A stretch of 64,000 nucleotides of DNA from Candidatus Bathyarchaeia archaeon (GTDB lineage Archaea; Thermoproteota; Bathyarchaeia; Bathyarchaeales; Bathycorpusculaceae), in the NCBI GenBank assembly GCA_049516875.1, contig JBEKSS010000011.1:47681-111680 (forward strand), read 5' to 3'. The notes beneath the pieces were generated by a model that searched no databases, was not told where the DNA came from, and saw nothing but the letters and a program-made list of their open reading frames with translations. How positions within the stretch are numbered: the first letter of the stretch is position 1; every line of letters starts with the position of its first letter. A program made the translations under genes and the position numbers. This document shows, one piece after another, positions 19,041 through 29,270 of this stretch.

Positions 19041-19121
19041 TCCATATTTCCCCCAAGGGATAAGAATGTGGAATTAATTCCCAAGCCTGAAAATTGTTTA
19101 TCTCCATTCTGAACCGTGTCA

Positions 19122-20150
19122 TTACGTGTTTTCATTTTGAGAATCTCCATAGGCTTCTTTGATTACAGTCTGTATGAGGTCACTTTTCTTCAATAGTTCT
19201 TTTTGGTCGCCTATTTTTGTTGCAAGAACATCCATGTATATTTGTTCAATGTCTTCTTTTGAGCGGTTGCGTCCCAATGCTTTCAGTCCTTGGCAGATCA
19301 TTATTTCTGCTCTAGTACTTGGCTTGGAAGGTTCAGGCATCTTTTCCCTGATTGTTCTAATGACTTGTACTACTTTTTCTGCTTCACCAAATGGCAATTG
19401 AGTGTGAGCTTGAGCGATCTTTAGTTCAGTGCCATAGTCGTAGTAGTCCATGTAAATGTTTATCATCCTGTCAAGCAAGGCGTCCTGAGGTTTGTGTATT
19501 CCTGCATATTCTATGGAGTTGCTTGTTAAGATTATCGCGAAATCTGGATGGACCTTGATGTATCTATTATCTCCAAACATTGTCGGGAGTTCGAGAATCT
19601 TCTCTTCTAGCACAGAGAGAAGGACGTTGTTAGCTTCCGGTTTGGATCTGGCGAACTCATTGTAGACCAGTGTGTAGCCGTACTTACACGCTAGGGTCAG
19701 GGGGTTGTCTACCCATGAGAACTTGGTCCTATCTCTTGCTTTCATGACGTTGTGAATATATTTGTCTCTCACGCTTTCGGCTTCCATTTCTGAGTATCCT
19801 CCGATTAAATCTGTTGTTGTCATTTGTTCGTCGCCGTTGATCCACACAGTGGGTCTTCCCAAATCCTTTGCGACTTCCATTGCCAGTGTTGTTTTTCCGC
19901 AACCTGTTGGTCCTACAATCTGAAGGGGGCATCCTGCATTGACCCAAAGTTTGACTCTGTCCTTCAGCTTCTTAACATGCTCGGTTTCAACAAAATTCTT
20001 AACCGTCGGCACTAGAAATTCTGTCTTCACGCTTCTGACCAAAAGTTCTACGGCATATTCTTCATTTTCCTGTTTTGAAAGTCTCTCTTGCGCTGTCTCA
20101 TGAATTCTCGTTCCTCTAACTTCTCTTTTATGTGCAGATGTGTATTTCAT
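19122..20150 (-). CDS. gvpN: Gas vesicle AAA+ ATPase GvpN
   Basis: GPTGCGKTTLA, WVDNPLTLACKYGYTLVYNEFARSKPEANNVLLSVLEE and EYAGIHKPQDALLDRM. Confidence 0.96.
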   Translation of the reverse strand: MKYTSAHKREVRGTRIHETAQERLSKQENEEYAVELLVRSVKTEFLVPTVKNFVETEHVKKLKDRVKLWVNAGCPLQIVGPTGCGKTTLAMEVAKDLGRPTVWINGDEQMTTTDLIGGYSEMEAESVRDKYIHNVMKARDRTKFSWVDNPLTLACKYGYTLVYNEFARSKPEANNVLLSVLEEKILELPTMFGDNRYIKVHPDFAIILTSNSIEYAGIHKPQDALLDRMINIYMDYYDYGTELKIAQAHTQLPFGEAEKVVQVIRTIREKMPEPSKPSTRAEIMICQGLKALGRNRSKEDIEQIYMDVLATKIGDQKELLKKSDLIQTVIKEAYGDSQNENT

Positions 20151-20484
20151 ATTCTAAAACCACACTCTTGTTGAAGAAGAATTTGAGGTATGTTTACTTA
20201 AGTAATATTCAAGAGATTGATACGAATTTTGTGTCAGAAATCGTAAGCGCTCGCGCTAATTAATCGGGGCAGCTGATTCTCTTTTGTCACGTACAGAGTA
20301 CAAGAAAGGAGATTGGAGCTGCGGAGATGCCATAGAGTCGCTTTATTGAGAAAAGAAGAAGCTATTCAAATAACATTGCATGTATCAAAGGGAGACATGG
20401 AAGCTGGCCTCTTCAAGCTAACAGAGACAATAAATCAGATTGCAGCGGATTACTGCCAATGTATAAACATTGGAATTGTTTTGG

Positions 20485-21057
20485 TTACGCTTTTTCGCAT
20501 AGTTTTTTCAATCTAAGTTGTAGAATATTGTTTCTATAGGTCAAATCTGTTGTGTCTTTGTTGATGCGAGTTGGAAGCCTGACCATCTTAAAATACTTCT
20601 TCTCTGTATTTTCCGCCGTTATGGTTACAGAGTTTTCATCTGCTTTTACCTTCACGTCTTTCTCGTCTATGCCCGGCAGCTCTGTTAAAACTACCAAGTA
20701 GTTTTCTTCTTCAAAAACGTCGATTGGTGGCTGTCTCTCGTTCATCAAACTGGGTATATGATGGAGTAATTCGAAACTTCGTGTTGCTCCTGGTCTTCTT
20801 AATCTTCTTACGACATTAAAGGAGTCTTTCAATGTCATCGTATTGGAGGTAACTGCTTTCCTTGTTGCGTGCGTTTGTGGGACATAGGTTTGTTCAAAGC
20901 GAACGATGTGTCTGCAACCTCGGCAATGGTCTATGCTGACTCTGTCTCTTTGAGTGCTTCTGATCGAGGGACAGAAAACCCATTCAGCTCCCGCGATACC
21001 TCTAACTAAGAGTTTGTTTTTTCCTCTTCCGAAAGTTGCTCCACAAATCAGCCACAT
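20485..21057 (-). CDS. Hsp20/alpha-crystallin protein with a Cys-rich N-terminus
   Basis: PPIDVFEEENYLVVLTELPGIDEKDV...YRNNILQLRLKK; N-terminal FCP...HCRGCRH. Confidence 0.8.
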   Translation of the reverse strand: MWLICGATFGRGKNKLLVRGIAGAEWVFCPSIRSTQRDRVSIDHCRGCRHIVRFEQTYVPQTHATRKAVTSNTMTLKDSFNVVRRLRRPGATRSFELLHHIPSLMNERQPPIDVFEEENYLVVLTELPGIDEKDVKVKADENSVTITAENTEKKYFKMVRLPTRINKDTTDLTYRNNILQLRLKKLCEKA

Positions 21058-21253
21058 TCAACGTTCACACACGATGGATATGGATATTCAGAAGAGCGTG
21101 CATAAGCCATATTTCGCAATTTGGAATATTCCGTGGGGTATAGTGCACTGTTGTGTCGATGTTCGATACGAAGTCGGTTACGTTCCATTGAATATATCTT
21201 AAATAGTACTATTCACTACGTGAGTCATCGTATAACATAAAAAGGTGAAAAAA

Positions 21254-21478
21254 ATGGTTGGACAAACTCCTAACTCGACTAGTTTGGCTGAAGTTCTTGA
21301 CAGAGTGCTTGACAAAGGAATCGTCGTTGACCTTTGGGCCAGAGTCTCACCAGTCGGCATCGAACTCTTGACCATAGAGGCTAGAGTCGTTGTCGCCTCA
21401 GTAGACACCTTCCTGCACTACGCCGAAGAGATCACGAAGATAGAACAAGCAGCCATCGGAGTACCCGCTACCGCATAA
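21254..21478 (+). CDS. gvpA: Major gas vesicle structural protein GvpA
   Basis: [23 protein letters not shown](P)[27 protein letters not shown]; SD-like AGGTGA at 21243-21248. Confidence 0.96.
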   Translation: MVGQTPNSTSLAEVLDRVLDKGIVVDLWARVSPVGIELLTIEARVVVASVDTFLHYAEEITKIEQAAIGVPATA

Positions 21479-21586
21479 GACCAAGGACAGCAAGCGGCCC
21501 ATATAGGAGATGAAAAAACGTCTGAAAAACAGGGAAAAGCGGCAAAACATGCGCAAACGGTTGCCAACACTGCAAAAAAGGCACCT

Positions 21587-21994
21587 GTGAAAAAGCACGG
21601 TCAAAGGGCCGCCATGCCAGTGAAAAAGCCAGAAGAGACCCCTCATTCAACAGTCAGAGGCAAGATTGAAGCAATCCAAAGAGAAATAAAAGCAATTCAA
21701 ATCAAAAGAGCGGCTATTGAAGAAGGCGCTGCTGAAATTCACACTGGCATACGAGCTATGGAAGTAAGCATAAACAAACAGATCGATAAATACAAAGATG
21801 CGATCGCCGTCTTTCATGCAAGTGTTGGAGACTTCAATAACTCTATTCTTGCGCAGTCGAAGGAAAACGAAAAAGCTGCCGCAACTATCTATTCTGGCGC
21901 ACGAGAAATCCAAGCAGGCATAGAAGCTATGCGGTCAAGTATCGAAGGCAAGATAATGGAAAACGCAGGGTACGTAAAGGACTTTTACGGGTAA
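21587..21994 (+). CDS. GvpC-like helical repeat protein (start uncertain)
   Basis: Directly after gvpA; ~25-residue amphipathic repeats (EIHTGIRAMEVSINKQI / EIQAGIEAMRSSIEGKI); followed by a C/T-rich tract. Confidence 0.6.
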   Translation: MKKHGQRAAMPVKKPEETPHSTVRGKIEAIQREIKAIQIKRAAIEEGAAEIHTGIRAMEVSINKQIDKYKDAIAVFHASVGDFNNSILAQSKENEKAAATIYSGAREIQAGIEAMRSSIEGKIMENAGYVKDFYG

Positions 21995-21997
21995 ATA

Positions 21998-22008
21998 CCC
22001 CCTTTTTT
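21998..22008 (+). terminator. Oligo-T terminator-like tract after the gvpA-gvpC unit
   Basis: CCCCCTTTTTT immediately after the stop codon. Confidence 0.5.
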
Positions 22009-22039
22009 CGATTTCTTAAGCTCATGTTAGACTTATAGT

Positions 22040-22225
22040 TTGGAGGTGGCAAAAATCACTATTATGAGACCGAAAACCCATTTGCGCGCTCAAGAAAGAG
22101 AAAGAAAGCAAAAGTGGTATATGCAAGAAATGGAAAAACTGCAACACTTATCTATCGCCATGCGTCCACAAGCGATTCGCGCCTTATGGGTAAGAGATGT
22201 CGTTAAGAAAGAAGAGGAAGAATAA
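22040..22225 (+). CDS. Small hypothetical protein
   Basis: Co-oriented between the gvpC-like ORF and cdc48; GGAGGTG precedes an internal ATG (MRPKTH...). Confidence 0.35.
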   Translation: MEVAKITIMRPKTHLRAQERERKQKWYMQEMEKLQHLSIAMRPQAIRALWVRDVVKKEEEE

Positions 22226-22314
22226 CCGCTTGCAGAAGGACATCTCCTTTCTGTTTTTCAGTTCCGATGTTTGAGCGCGCGCATAGTGACCTGCAGGTTA
22301 GGAAAGGTGGACGT

Positions 22315-24510
22315 GTGCTGGAGCATACACAAAAATCGAATATCTTGACACTTCGTGTGGCTGAAGCCTCGCAAAGAGACTTTGGCAGGGGCGTAGCTAG
22401 AGTCGACCCCGAAGACCTGGGAAAAATCAGTGCGGAAACCGGCGACGTTATCATAATTACTGGGAAGAAGAGAACTGCTGCGAAGGTTATGCCAGCATAC
22501 CCAGAAAACCGTGGCAAAGGCATCATCCAGATCGACGGGATAACCAGGAACAATGCACTTGTCGGAATTGACGACAAGGTTCACATCGAGCGAGTTACTG
22601 CTGAAAAAGCCGAAACCGTTGTTCTCGCGCCTTTGGACAAGACCCAGTCTTGGCTTAGAGAGAAAACATACGAAGACCATGCGAAGAAGCTTTTGGAAGG
22701 TTTGCCACTGACTGAAGGAGACCAAGTCAGGTTTAGCTTTCTTGGGACAAGTGCCTCCTTTGTCGTAGCGCAATTGAAGCCGAAGAGTATGGCTGTTATA
22801 GTTTATCCCAGCACAAGAATAATGATACAAGAAAAGGCCGTGGAAACGGGAAGAACAGTAGGCGTCACGTACGAAGACATTGGTGGGCTCCGCGAACAGA
22901 CTCAGAGAATAAGAGAGATGATAGAGCTTCCACTTCGACATCCAGAGGTCTTTGACCGGCTAGGTATAGAACCGCCTAAAGGTGTCTTGCTGCACGGTCC
23001 ACCAGGCACAGGAAAAACCCTCATTGCAAAAGCCGTCGCGAACGAAACTTTCGCGACTTTTATCAGTCTCAGCGGCGCCGAAATCCACGGCAAATATTAC
23101 GGAGAATCAGAGGCTCATCTAAGAGAAATCTTCAATCAAGCCGCACAAAATAAACCGTGCATCATATTCATCGACGAAATCGATGCCATAGCACCCAAGA
23201 GAGAAGAGGTTACGGGAGAAGTTGAAAAGAGAGTAGTTTCCCAACTGCTAGCTCTGATGGATGGATTGGAACCTAGAGGACAAGTGATGATCATTGGAGC
23301 GACAAATCGGCCTAATGCCATTGACCCGGCTCTTAGAAGATCAGGGAGGTTCGACCGGGAAATTGAAATAGGGATACCCAACAGGGAAGGGCGATTCGAG
23401 ATTCTTCAAATTCACACGCGAGGTATGCCGTTGACCCAAAATGTAAACTTGCGAAGACTTGGTGACTTGACTCATGGCTTCACTGGTGCTGATATGTCGG
23501 GATTATGCAAAGAGGCATCTATGAAAGCCTTGCGGAGAGTTCTGCCTGAGATTGACTTCGAAGCAGAGTATATCCCAGCAGAAGTTCTTAACAAACTTGT
23601 AGTAACGATGGAAGATTTTGTGGATGCCTTGCGTTTTGTAGAACCTTCCGCCTTAAGGGAAGTGTTGATCGAAACACCTAATGTCGGTTGGAGCGACATT
23701 GGGGGGCTGGAAGAAGTGAAACAGGCCCTGATGGAAGCCATTGAATGGCCATTGAAATACCCCGACATCTTTGAAAGAATGGGGGCGAAGCCTCCGAAAG
23801 GCATATTGCTATACGGGCCTCCCGGAACTGGCAAAACTCTGTTAGCCAAAGCTGTGGCTAAGGAAGGCGAGGCAAATTTCATTCACGTTAAAGGGCCATC
23901 TCTCATGAGCAAGTTCGTGGGCGAATCGGAGAAAGGCATAAGAGAAACCTTCAGGAAAGCAAAGCAAACTGCGCCGTGCATAATCTTCTTTGATGAGATA
24001 GATTCTATGACGCCTAGGCGCGGAAGCGGAATTACAGACTCGCATGTTTCAGAAAGAGTGATAAGCCAACTTCTTACCGAAATGGACGGGCTGGAGGAAC
24101 TTCAGGGAGTCATCATTCTAGCCGCAACAAATCGAATAGATCTGATTGACCCGGCACTACTGAGACCCGGAAGATTCGACTATCTTCTTTCCATTCCGGC
24201 ACCAGACGAAAAAGGGAGAGCAGAAATTTTCAGGATTCGCACCAAGAAGAGTTCTCTAGCCAAAAGTGTTTCCCTCAAGAAGTTGGTTGCAGAAACTGAA
24301 GGATACACGGGGGCTGACATAGAAGGGATCTGCAGAGAGGCTGTGATGCTAGCCATCAGAAGATATATAGGCAAAAGCACAAAACAAGACGAAAACAGAC
24401 GAAAACACTCCAAGCTTGAAGTGACCATGGAAGACTTCCAAGAAGCAATCAAGAAAATGAAGGAACGCAAAAAATCAGTTGACACCAATCAGGAAGAACC
24501 TATCCTATGA
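22315..24510 (+). CDS. cdc48: CDC48/VCP (VAT-like) AAA+ ATPase
   Basis: N-domain ([12 protein letters not shown]) and two AAA modules (GPPGTGKTL twice; IFIDEIDAI / IFFDEIDS; ALRRSGRFD / ALLRPGRFD). Confidence 0.95.
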   Translation: MLEHTQKSNILTLRVAEASQRDFGRGVARVDPEDLGKISAETGDVIIITGKKRTAAKVMPAYPENRGKGIIQIDGITRNNALVGIDDKVHIERVTAEKAETVVLAPLDKTQSWLREKTYEDHAKKLLEGLPLTEGDQVRFSFLGTSASFVVAQLKPKSMAVIVYPSTRIMIQEKAVETGRTVGVTYEDIGGLREQTQRIREMIELPLRHPEVFDRLGIEPPKGVLLHGPPGTGKTLIAKAVANETFATFISLSGAEIHGKYYGESEAHLREIFNQAAQNKPCIIFIDEIDAIAPKREEVTGEVEKRVVSQLLALMDGLEPRGQVMIIGATNRPNAIDPALRRSGRFDREIEIGIPNREGRFEILQIHTRGMPLTQNVNLRRLGDLTHGFTGADMSGLCKEASMKALRRVLPEIDFEAEYIPAEVLNKLVVTMEDFVDALRFVEPSALREVLIETPNVGWSDIGGLEEVKQALMEAIEWPLKYPDIFERMGAKPPKGILLYGPPGTGKTLLAKAVAKEGEANFIHVKGPSLMSKFVGESEKGIRETFRKAKQTAPCIIFFDEIDSMTPRRGSGITDSHVSERVISQLLTEMDGLEELQGVIILAATNRIDLIDPALLRPGRFDYLLSIPAPDEKGRAEIFRIRTKKSSLAKSVSLKKLVAETEGYTGADIEGICREAVMLAIRRYIGKSTKQDENRRKHSKLEVTMEDFQEAIKKMKERKKSVDTNQEEPIL

Positions 24511-25499
24511 GAAAACTGACGGCCAACGGAATTCAAAGTCTGAACTTTCAAGGAGACATAGAATCTACTAAAAAATTGATCAATCAGACACTCCGGAAAA
24601 TCCATAAAAAAATGGTAGAATTATTCAACATCGATTTCACGTACTTTAGAGACATCAACATAATCAAGCAACCCGAACTTCTCAAGCAATTGGCCAAACG
24701 CATGTGGAGCGATCTCAAGGAAAGCGGCGTAGTATGTAGCAACGACCATATGAAACAAATCCTCGACAGCCTTTCAAAGAACCAAGTGGAAGGATTCTTC
24801 GAAAACTTCGCTTTCTATAACCCGAAAGATGAAATTCTGTACATAAATGAAAATGTCATAACAAACCACCCAAAAAGAGTGATTCCTATATGCGCACACG
24901 AGCTGTCGGAGAAGCTTCTGTCCACTTATCTTTCGAAGTCCCTTAAAGCGCCCACCCAAGTTCTTATCAGGAAATATGTTGAAGCTAAGAGAACTAACAG
25001 CATAAGGAAGTTTTATGAGTATTTGGACATGTACATAGATACGGTTTTCAAGAGTGTTTTCAAAGAAGGGTGTTGCGAGGCATTGGCTCTTCGAACCTTG
25101 CGCGACACAGAATATGGAGTTGAGACGGCGTCGCTGGAAAAAGAGTTGTTGATAGGTCATTCAAAATGTGTAAAACTTCTCTTTTCTCTTGAAAGCATAA
25201 GGAGTGCAGAAAGGGCAAGAAAAGCCGAAGTGCACCTGCAACGCGAAGGGGGCCAAGGTCAAGAGATAAACGCGGAGAATCTGGCCAAAGAGTTTTTCCG
25301 GGATTCCCAGGTGATTAAGGGGCTCTCGTATTATTTAGGTTACCCACTAGCAAAGGCTGTTTTAGAGAAGTACTCGATTGAGGGTGTGAAAGCTGCTCTG
25401 GAAAAGAGCCCCCCGCTTGAGGCCAAGTATTTTGCTGCTCCGGAAGAGTACGTAGCCCTGCTGGAAGAACTGCAAGTAGCTAGTGAACAGAGGAGGTGA
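24507..25499 (+). CDS. Hypothetical protein, possible degenerate zincin-like fold
   Basis: [14 protein letters not shown]...[10 protein letters not shown]...KEGCCEALA...[15 protein letters not shown]; overlaps the cdc48 stop (ATGA). Confidence 0.6.
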   Translation: MRKLTANGIQSLNFQGDIESTKKLINQTLRKIHKKMVELFNIDFTYFRDINIIKQPELLKQLAKRMWSDLKESGVVCSNDHMKQILDSLSKNQVEGFFENFAFYNPKDEILYINENVITNHPKRVIPICAHELSEKLLSTYLSKSLKAPTQVLIRKYVEAKRTNSIRKFYEYLDMYIDTVFKSVFKEGCCEALALRTLRDTEYGVETASLEKELLIGHSKCVKLLFSLESIRSAERARKAEVHLQREGGQGQEINAENLAKEFFRDSQVIKGLSYYLGYPLAKAVLEKYSIEGVKAALEKSPPLEAKYFAAPEEYVALLEELQVASEQRR

Positions 25500-26238
25500 A
25501 AAAACGACTAAAAAAGCGAAAAAAGACTTGGAAACACTCAGGACCGAAATTAAGCAAAAAGAAGAGGAAATTGAACAGTTGAAAGAAAAAGTGGAAAAGA
25601 TGGGGGTTCAAATCCAAGAAAAAGAGAAACAAGAGAAAACTGGTGAACCAGAGCTGGGCAAGATGATCGAGAATGTCTCAGGTCTGCTTGACGTTGGTTT
25701 CGGCATTTTTGGCACGTCGGAGAAGAGCCAAGGCGGAAAATCGAAAGGTCAAGGATTGATTGGATTAATCGATGATTTAAGCAAACTGACGGAGAAATCT
25801 CAGACATATCAAAAGAGAGTTGAGCTTGGAAAAACGGGGGAAGTCAACTTCCGCGTGACTTCTCGTCCGATAAGAGGGCCTGCGGCAAATATGGCAGACA
25901 GAATAAAGATGAGTAAGCCTCAGAACAAGGTTTCTCCTGCTCCGACAAAGATTCCTGCAGGGCCAATAAAGGAGAGAGAACCAATAGTTGATGTCTTCGA
26001 AGATGGAGATTTCGTAAATGTCATGGCTGAGCTGCTTGGTGTAGAAGAAAGCAAGGTAAAACTGGAAGTAGAGAACGATGTCTTAACGATAAGGAGTGAC
26101 ACTTCTGCAAGGAAATACTATAAAGAAGTAAAACTTCCGACATCTGTCAAGAAAGACCCTGTTGAATCAAAGTTCAGGAACGGTATCTTAGAAATCAAGT
26201 TAGTCAAGGCAAAGCGTTCTCCAGGAAAAGATGCTTAG
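25483..26238 (+). CDS. Hsp20/alpha-crystallin protein with an N-terminal coiled coil
   Basis: EREPIVDVFEDGDFVNVMAELLGVEE...RKYYKEVKLP...FRNGILEIKLVK. Confidence 0.85.
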   Translation: MNRGGEKTTKKAKKDLETLRTEIKQKEEEIEQLKEKVEKMGVQIQEKEKQEKTGEPELGKMIENVSGLLDVGFGIFGTSEKSQGGKSKGQGLIGLIDDLSKLTEKSQTYQKRVELGKTGEVNFRVTSRPIRGPAANMADRIKMSKPQNKVSPAPTKIPAGPIKEREPIVDVFEDGDFVNVMAELLGVEESKVKLEVENDVLTIRSDTSARKYYKEVKLPTSVKKDPVESKFRNGILEIKLVKAKRSPGKDA

Positions 26239-27075
26239 CACGAGGGTTTCATGAAACATCAGTGTCACATTAGCTTGCGCTAGGATCTTGGTTTTAGACT
26301 GCTGCGTTTTTCTATTTGTCTGTTTCTTGATTGGCTTATTCTTGAAGATTTGAGACAGATTCTGTTTTCTTGATTCGTCGTTTCTGGTCAATAACATGAC
26401 AAATTCTTCGCGCGCGACTTTGTGCATATCTCACTATGAGATACGGGCCCATCAAGTCGGTGATCTCTTACGCAAGTTCGCTTAAGATGACTTTCAGTCC
26501 ATTAGCCCTGCTTTAGTTTTCTCCCTGAGCAACCACGCGTTGAAGAGTTTTGAGAAGCCCAGCACTTGTTACAAATTGAAATGCACGCACAGAAGATAAG
26601 GTCTGCTAGTGCTCAGATTCGGAGTGCTGAATAATGATTATATCTAGAGGCTTCGAATGCCACGCGTTTCTCACACTGAGGAACGATGGAATGAAGCAGA
26701 AAAAGAGCACACTAATCTCAACTGCGATGATAGGTTGTAGTTGGAAGACGCAGTTCGTAAGACGTCATCTTGTTCTTTGTGGCAACCCTCCTTATGTTAT
26801 GTCGGTTAAGACAGTAAGGATTGGAAGGGAACCCGCCGAACCAACGGCGGGCGTTGACCTACGATATGTGCTTGATGGTCATGTGTGCGCCCGAAAACAA
26901 AGGGCTGAGAAAGCATGAGCACAGTAACAACAACAGCATATAGAGCGCGCGCTAACCTGATAGCGCTTCCACATCCTTTGAGTGCAACGGCAGTTCTGAC
27001 TCTGAGTTTGAAATATCAGCGTTTCATAAGCGATAATACTCGCCCCCTGGTTATCGCAAAGGGAGAGACGAAACA

Positions 27076-27196
27076 AATGAATTCAGAGGTTACGGAATTA
27101 AGCCGGATAATATGCAATCGCTGTGACCAGAAGGAATATGAAAAATGCAGAACTTGCAGAATCTATCAACTCATAAACAGAATAGTTGCGAGATAG
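27076..27196 (+). CDS. Small Cys-rich peptide (CxxC...CxxC), approximate start
   Basis: GGAG upstream of MNSEVTELSRIICNRCDQKEYEKCRTCRIYQLINRIVAR. Confidence 0.45.
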
Positions 27197-27235
27197 GCGC
27201 GCGTATCCATCTAACTCCTTTGCTGTGTGCGCGCG

Positions 27236-27468
27236 AGAGGATGCTGAAGACGAGGTTTGCACACTGGCTTGACCATTTTGGGATACGGTTTCACCAGATA
27301 CACGCTTCTGGACATATGAACAAAGAGCAGATAGGAAGTCTCATCAGTAAGATAGAACCAAATAAAATCTGTCCTGTGCACACAGAAAATGCGCGTTTAC
27401 TCAAAAAGATAGCGCGCATTGTTGAGAGGAATCCGTACGTATGCAAGCGCTATTATGATGATTGGTAG
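27236..27468 (+). pseudogene. C-terminal fragment of a metallo-beta-lactamase/RNase J-like nuclease
   Basis: WLDHFG...HQIHASGHMN...IEPNKICPVHTEN (RMMBL-type motif); no N-terminal HxHxDH domain upstream. Confidence 0.75.
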
Positions 27469-28103
27469 TAGCCTTTATCGACTTTAACGAAGATTAACGG
27501 ACCCTTGCTTTGGGCCAGTTCTCGCGCCTTTCTCAAAGTGTCGTTTACGACGTTCAGTATTCGTTCTTCATCGCTTTCGTAGTCTTTCTTTTCGTCTCCC
27601 AGCTCCATTTTGATGAGGTTCTCTGCCAGGATTGATGTGCCGCAGATCTCGCCGTTCTTGACGAGGGTAGATATGAGGACATCTTCGATTTCATGACGAT
27701 TCGAAAGGCTTCCCCACGCTGCTTCGCCGTTGCTCAGAATCTTTGTCGCGTGGTTCCATTTCTTAGAGTTCTCATTGCCGATTAGCAGCTTTACTCGTTC
27801 CTTCCACTTGGTAAGCCAGATTCCAGTCCAGACTCCTAGGAACTCTTCCAGCTCGCTTGCGTTTTCGTTGAAGAACTTTTCAAGCCTTTCTACGATTTCG
27901 CATTCATTTGCTTCTTTTCCTACAAGATCCCAGTGGACTTTGAGATAGTTTGTCAGGTCCTGACATGCAATTTGGAGTACCTTGCGGTCAGAGCCTAAGA
28001 CATCTAACATTGGGTTCTTGTCTTTGAGTTTTTCTGATAGCAATATTTCTATGAAGTTCATGGTACTCCCGTCTCGAAGCCTTCTCCATCCTAACCTAGA
28101 CAT
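27453..28103 (-). CDS. Hypothetical helical protein
   Basis: 216-aa ORF with protein-like composition; no family recognised. Confidence 0.7.
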   Translation of the reverse strand: MSRLGWRRLRDGSTMNFIEILLSEKLKDKNPMLDVLGSDRKVLQIACQDLTNYLKVHWDLVGKEANECEIVERLEKFFNENASELEEFLGVWTGIWLTKWKERVKLLIGNENSKKWNHATKILSNGEAAWGSLSNRHEIEDVLISTLVKNGEICGTSILAENLIKMELGDEKKDYESDEERILNVVNDTLRKARELAQSKGPLIFVKVDKGYYQSS

Positions 28104-28206
28104 TTGCGCTTTTAATAAGCTTTATTCGTAGTGGCCTCTATAACATTCCTCAGTAGTTTTCAGCTATATTTCCCCTCTAGAAATATTCTAATGCCCCTTC
28201 AACGAC

Positions 28207-28866
28207 CTATTCGACATATATCGTGAGTTCGTTAACGTTCTGCAAGATCAAGTCAGGTTTCTCCCTCGCCAACTCTTCGCGCGAGAATATTCCTGACAAG
28301 ACCGCCACTGTGCGGGCTCCAGCATTCTTTCCAGCTCTTATGTCAATGACAGAGTCGCCTACGACTGCACAATCACGTATTTTCACATCCAAATGTTCTG
28401 CGCATTTGATGAGTGCTTCTGGAGAGGGTTTTGGTTTCAACGTGTCCTGAGATGTTACAATCTTCTGGATGTGTTTTGCTAAGCCAAACTTTGTCAACTC
28501 TCTCTTCACTTCTGTCTCAGGGATGTTGCGCCTTGTGGTCACAGCCAACTTTGCCTTGGATGAGAGTTTCTCAAGTGTGTCTGCAATGTTTGGAAATGGT
28601 TTGTTTTTCTTGATTGTGGCTTGATAATATGCCCCGAGGTAGATTTCCTTGAACCTCTTCACGTCAACTCCAATTATCAGATCATCTATGGGCAAGTCCT
28701 GCTCAAGTCTCCGGGGAATCTCCGTCACAATTCTTTCGTCAACCATCCTTTGTCCTGTTGAGGCAAAAGCGGTTTCAGCTGCTTCAGAGTATGCTCCTCT
28801 CGAATCCACCAATGTCCCGTCCAGATCAAAGATTATCGCCTTCACTTTCAACTTTGGGTTCTGCAT
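28207..28866 (-). CDS. HAD-superfamily hydrolase (phosphoglycolate phosphatase-like)
   Basis: FDLDGTLVDS, KPKPSPE and VGDSVIDIRAGKNAG motifs. Confidence 0.93.
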   Translation of the reverse strand: MQNPKLKVKAIIFDLDGTLVDSRGAYSEAAETAFASTGQRMVDERIVTEIPRRLEQDLPIDDLIIGVDVKRFKEIYLGAYYQATIKKNKPFPNIADTLEKLSSKAKLAVTTRRNIPETEVKRELTKFGLAKHIQKIVTSQDTLKPKPSPEALIKCAEHLDVKIRDCAVVGDSVIDIRAGKNAGARTVAVLSGIFSREELAREKPDLILQNVNELTIYVE

Positions 28867-29270
28867 GTTTCATCCTCAAACAGGCTGGATTCGGTCTTAC
28901 TGCTCGTTTCGATAAGTTTTTATTCGCTGCGTCTTGGAGATATCTCCCGCGCAATCCCCTTTTTTCTTTTTTGGTGAGCATGTCTCTTAAATGTTTTGGG
29001 TTGGTGGAAATGGGGCACACAGAGCTCAACCTGTGGAAACTTCGAAGGGTTCGAAGGCAAGAAGGGAACTGCGTAACGGTTTAGGTGCTGTTCTTGGCTG
29101 GGGCTCGTGGAAGTAAAAATTCTTGCGGTTCAATATCACCTTTCTACACGTGCGGAAATCTTGCGTGCGGTCGTCATCCCGCCAGGTGTATCTATCAGCG
29201 TGAACAATGTTCTAGACGTCGTGAAAGGCGAGGTCTTGGTTGATAGTCGTGGCCAGGGAAGTTTTCAGCG

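Noticed and set aside
21476-21478. Selenocysteine or pyrrolysine recoding of the gvpA stop
   Set aside because: The codon is TAA, not TGA or TAG.
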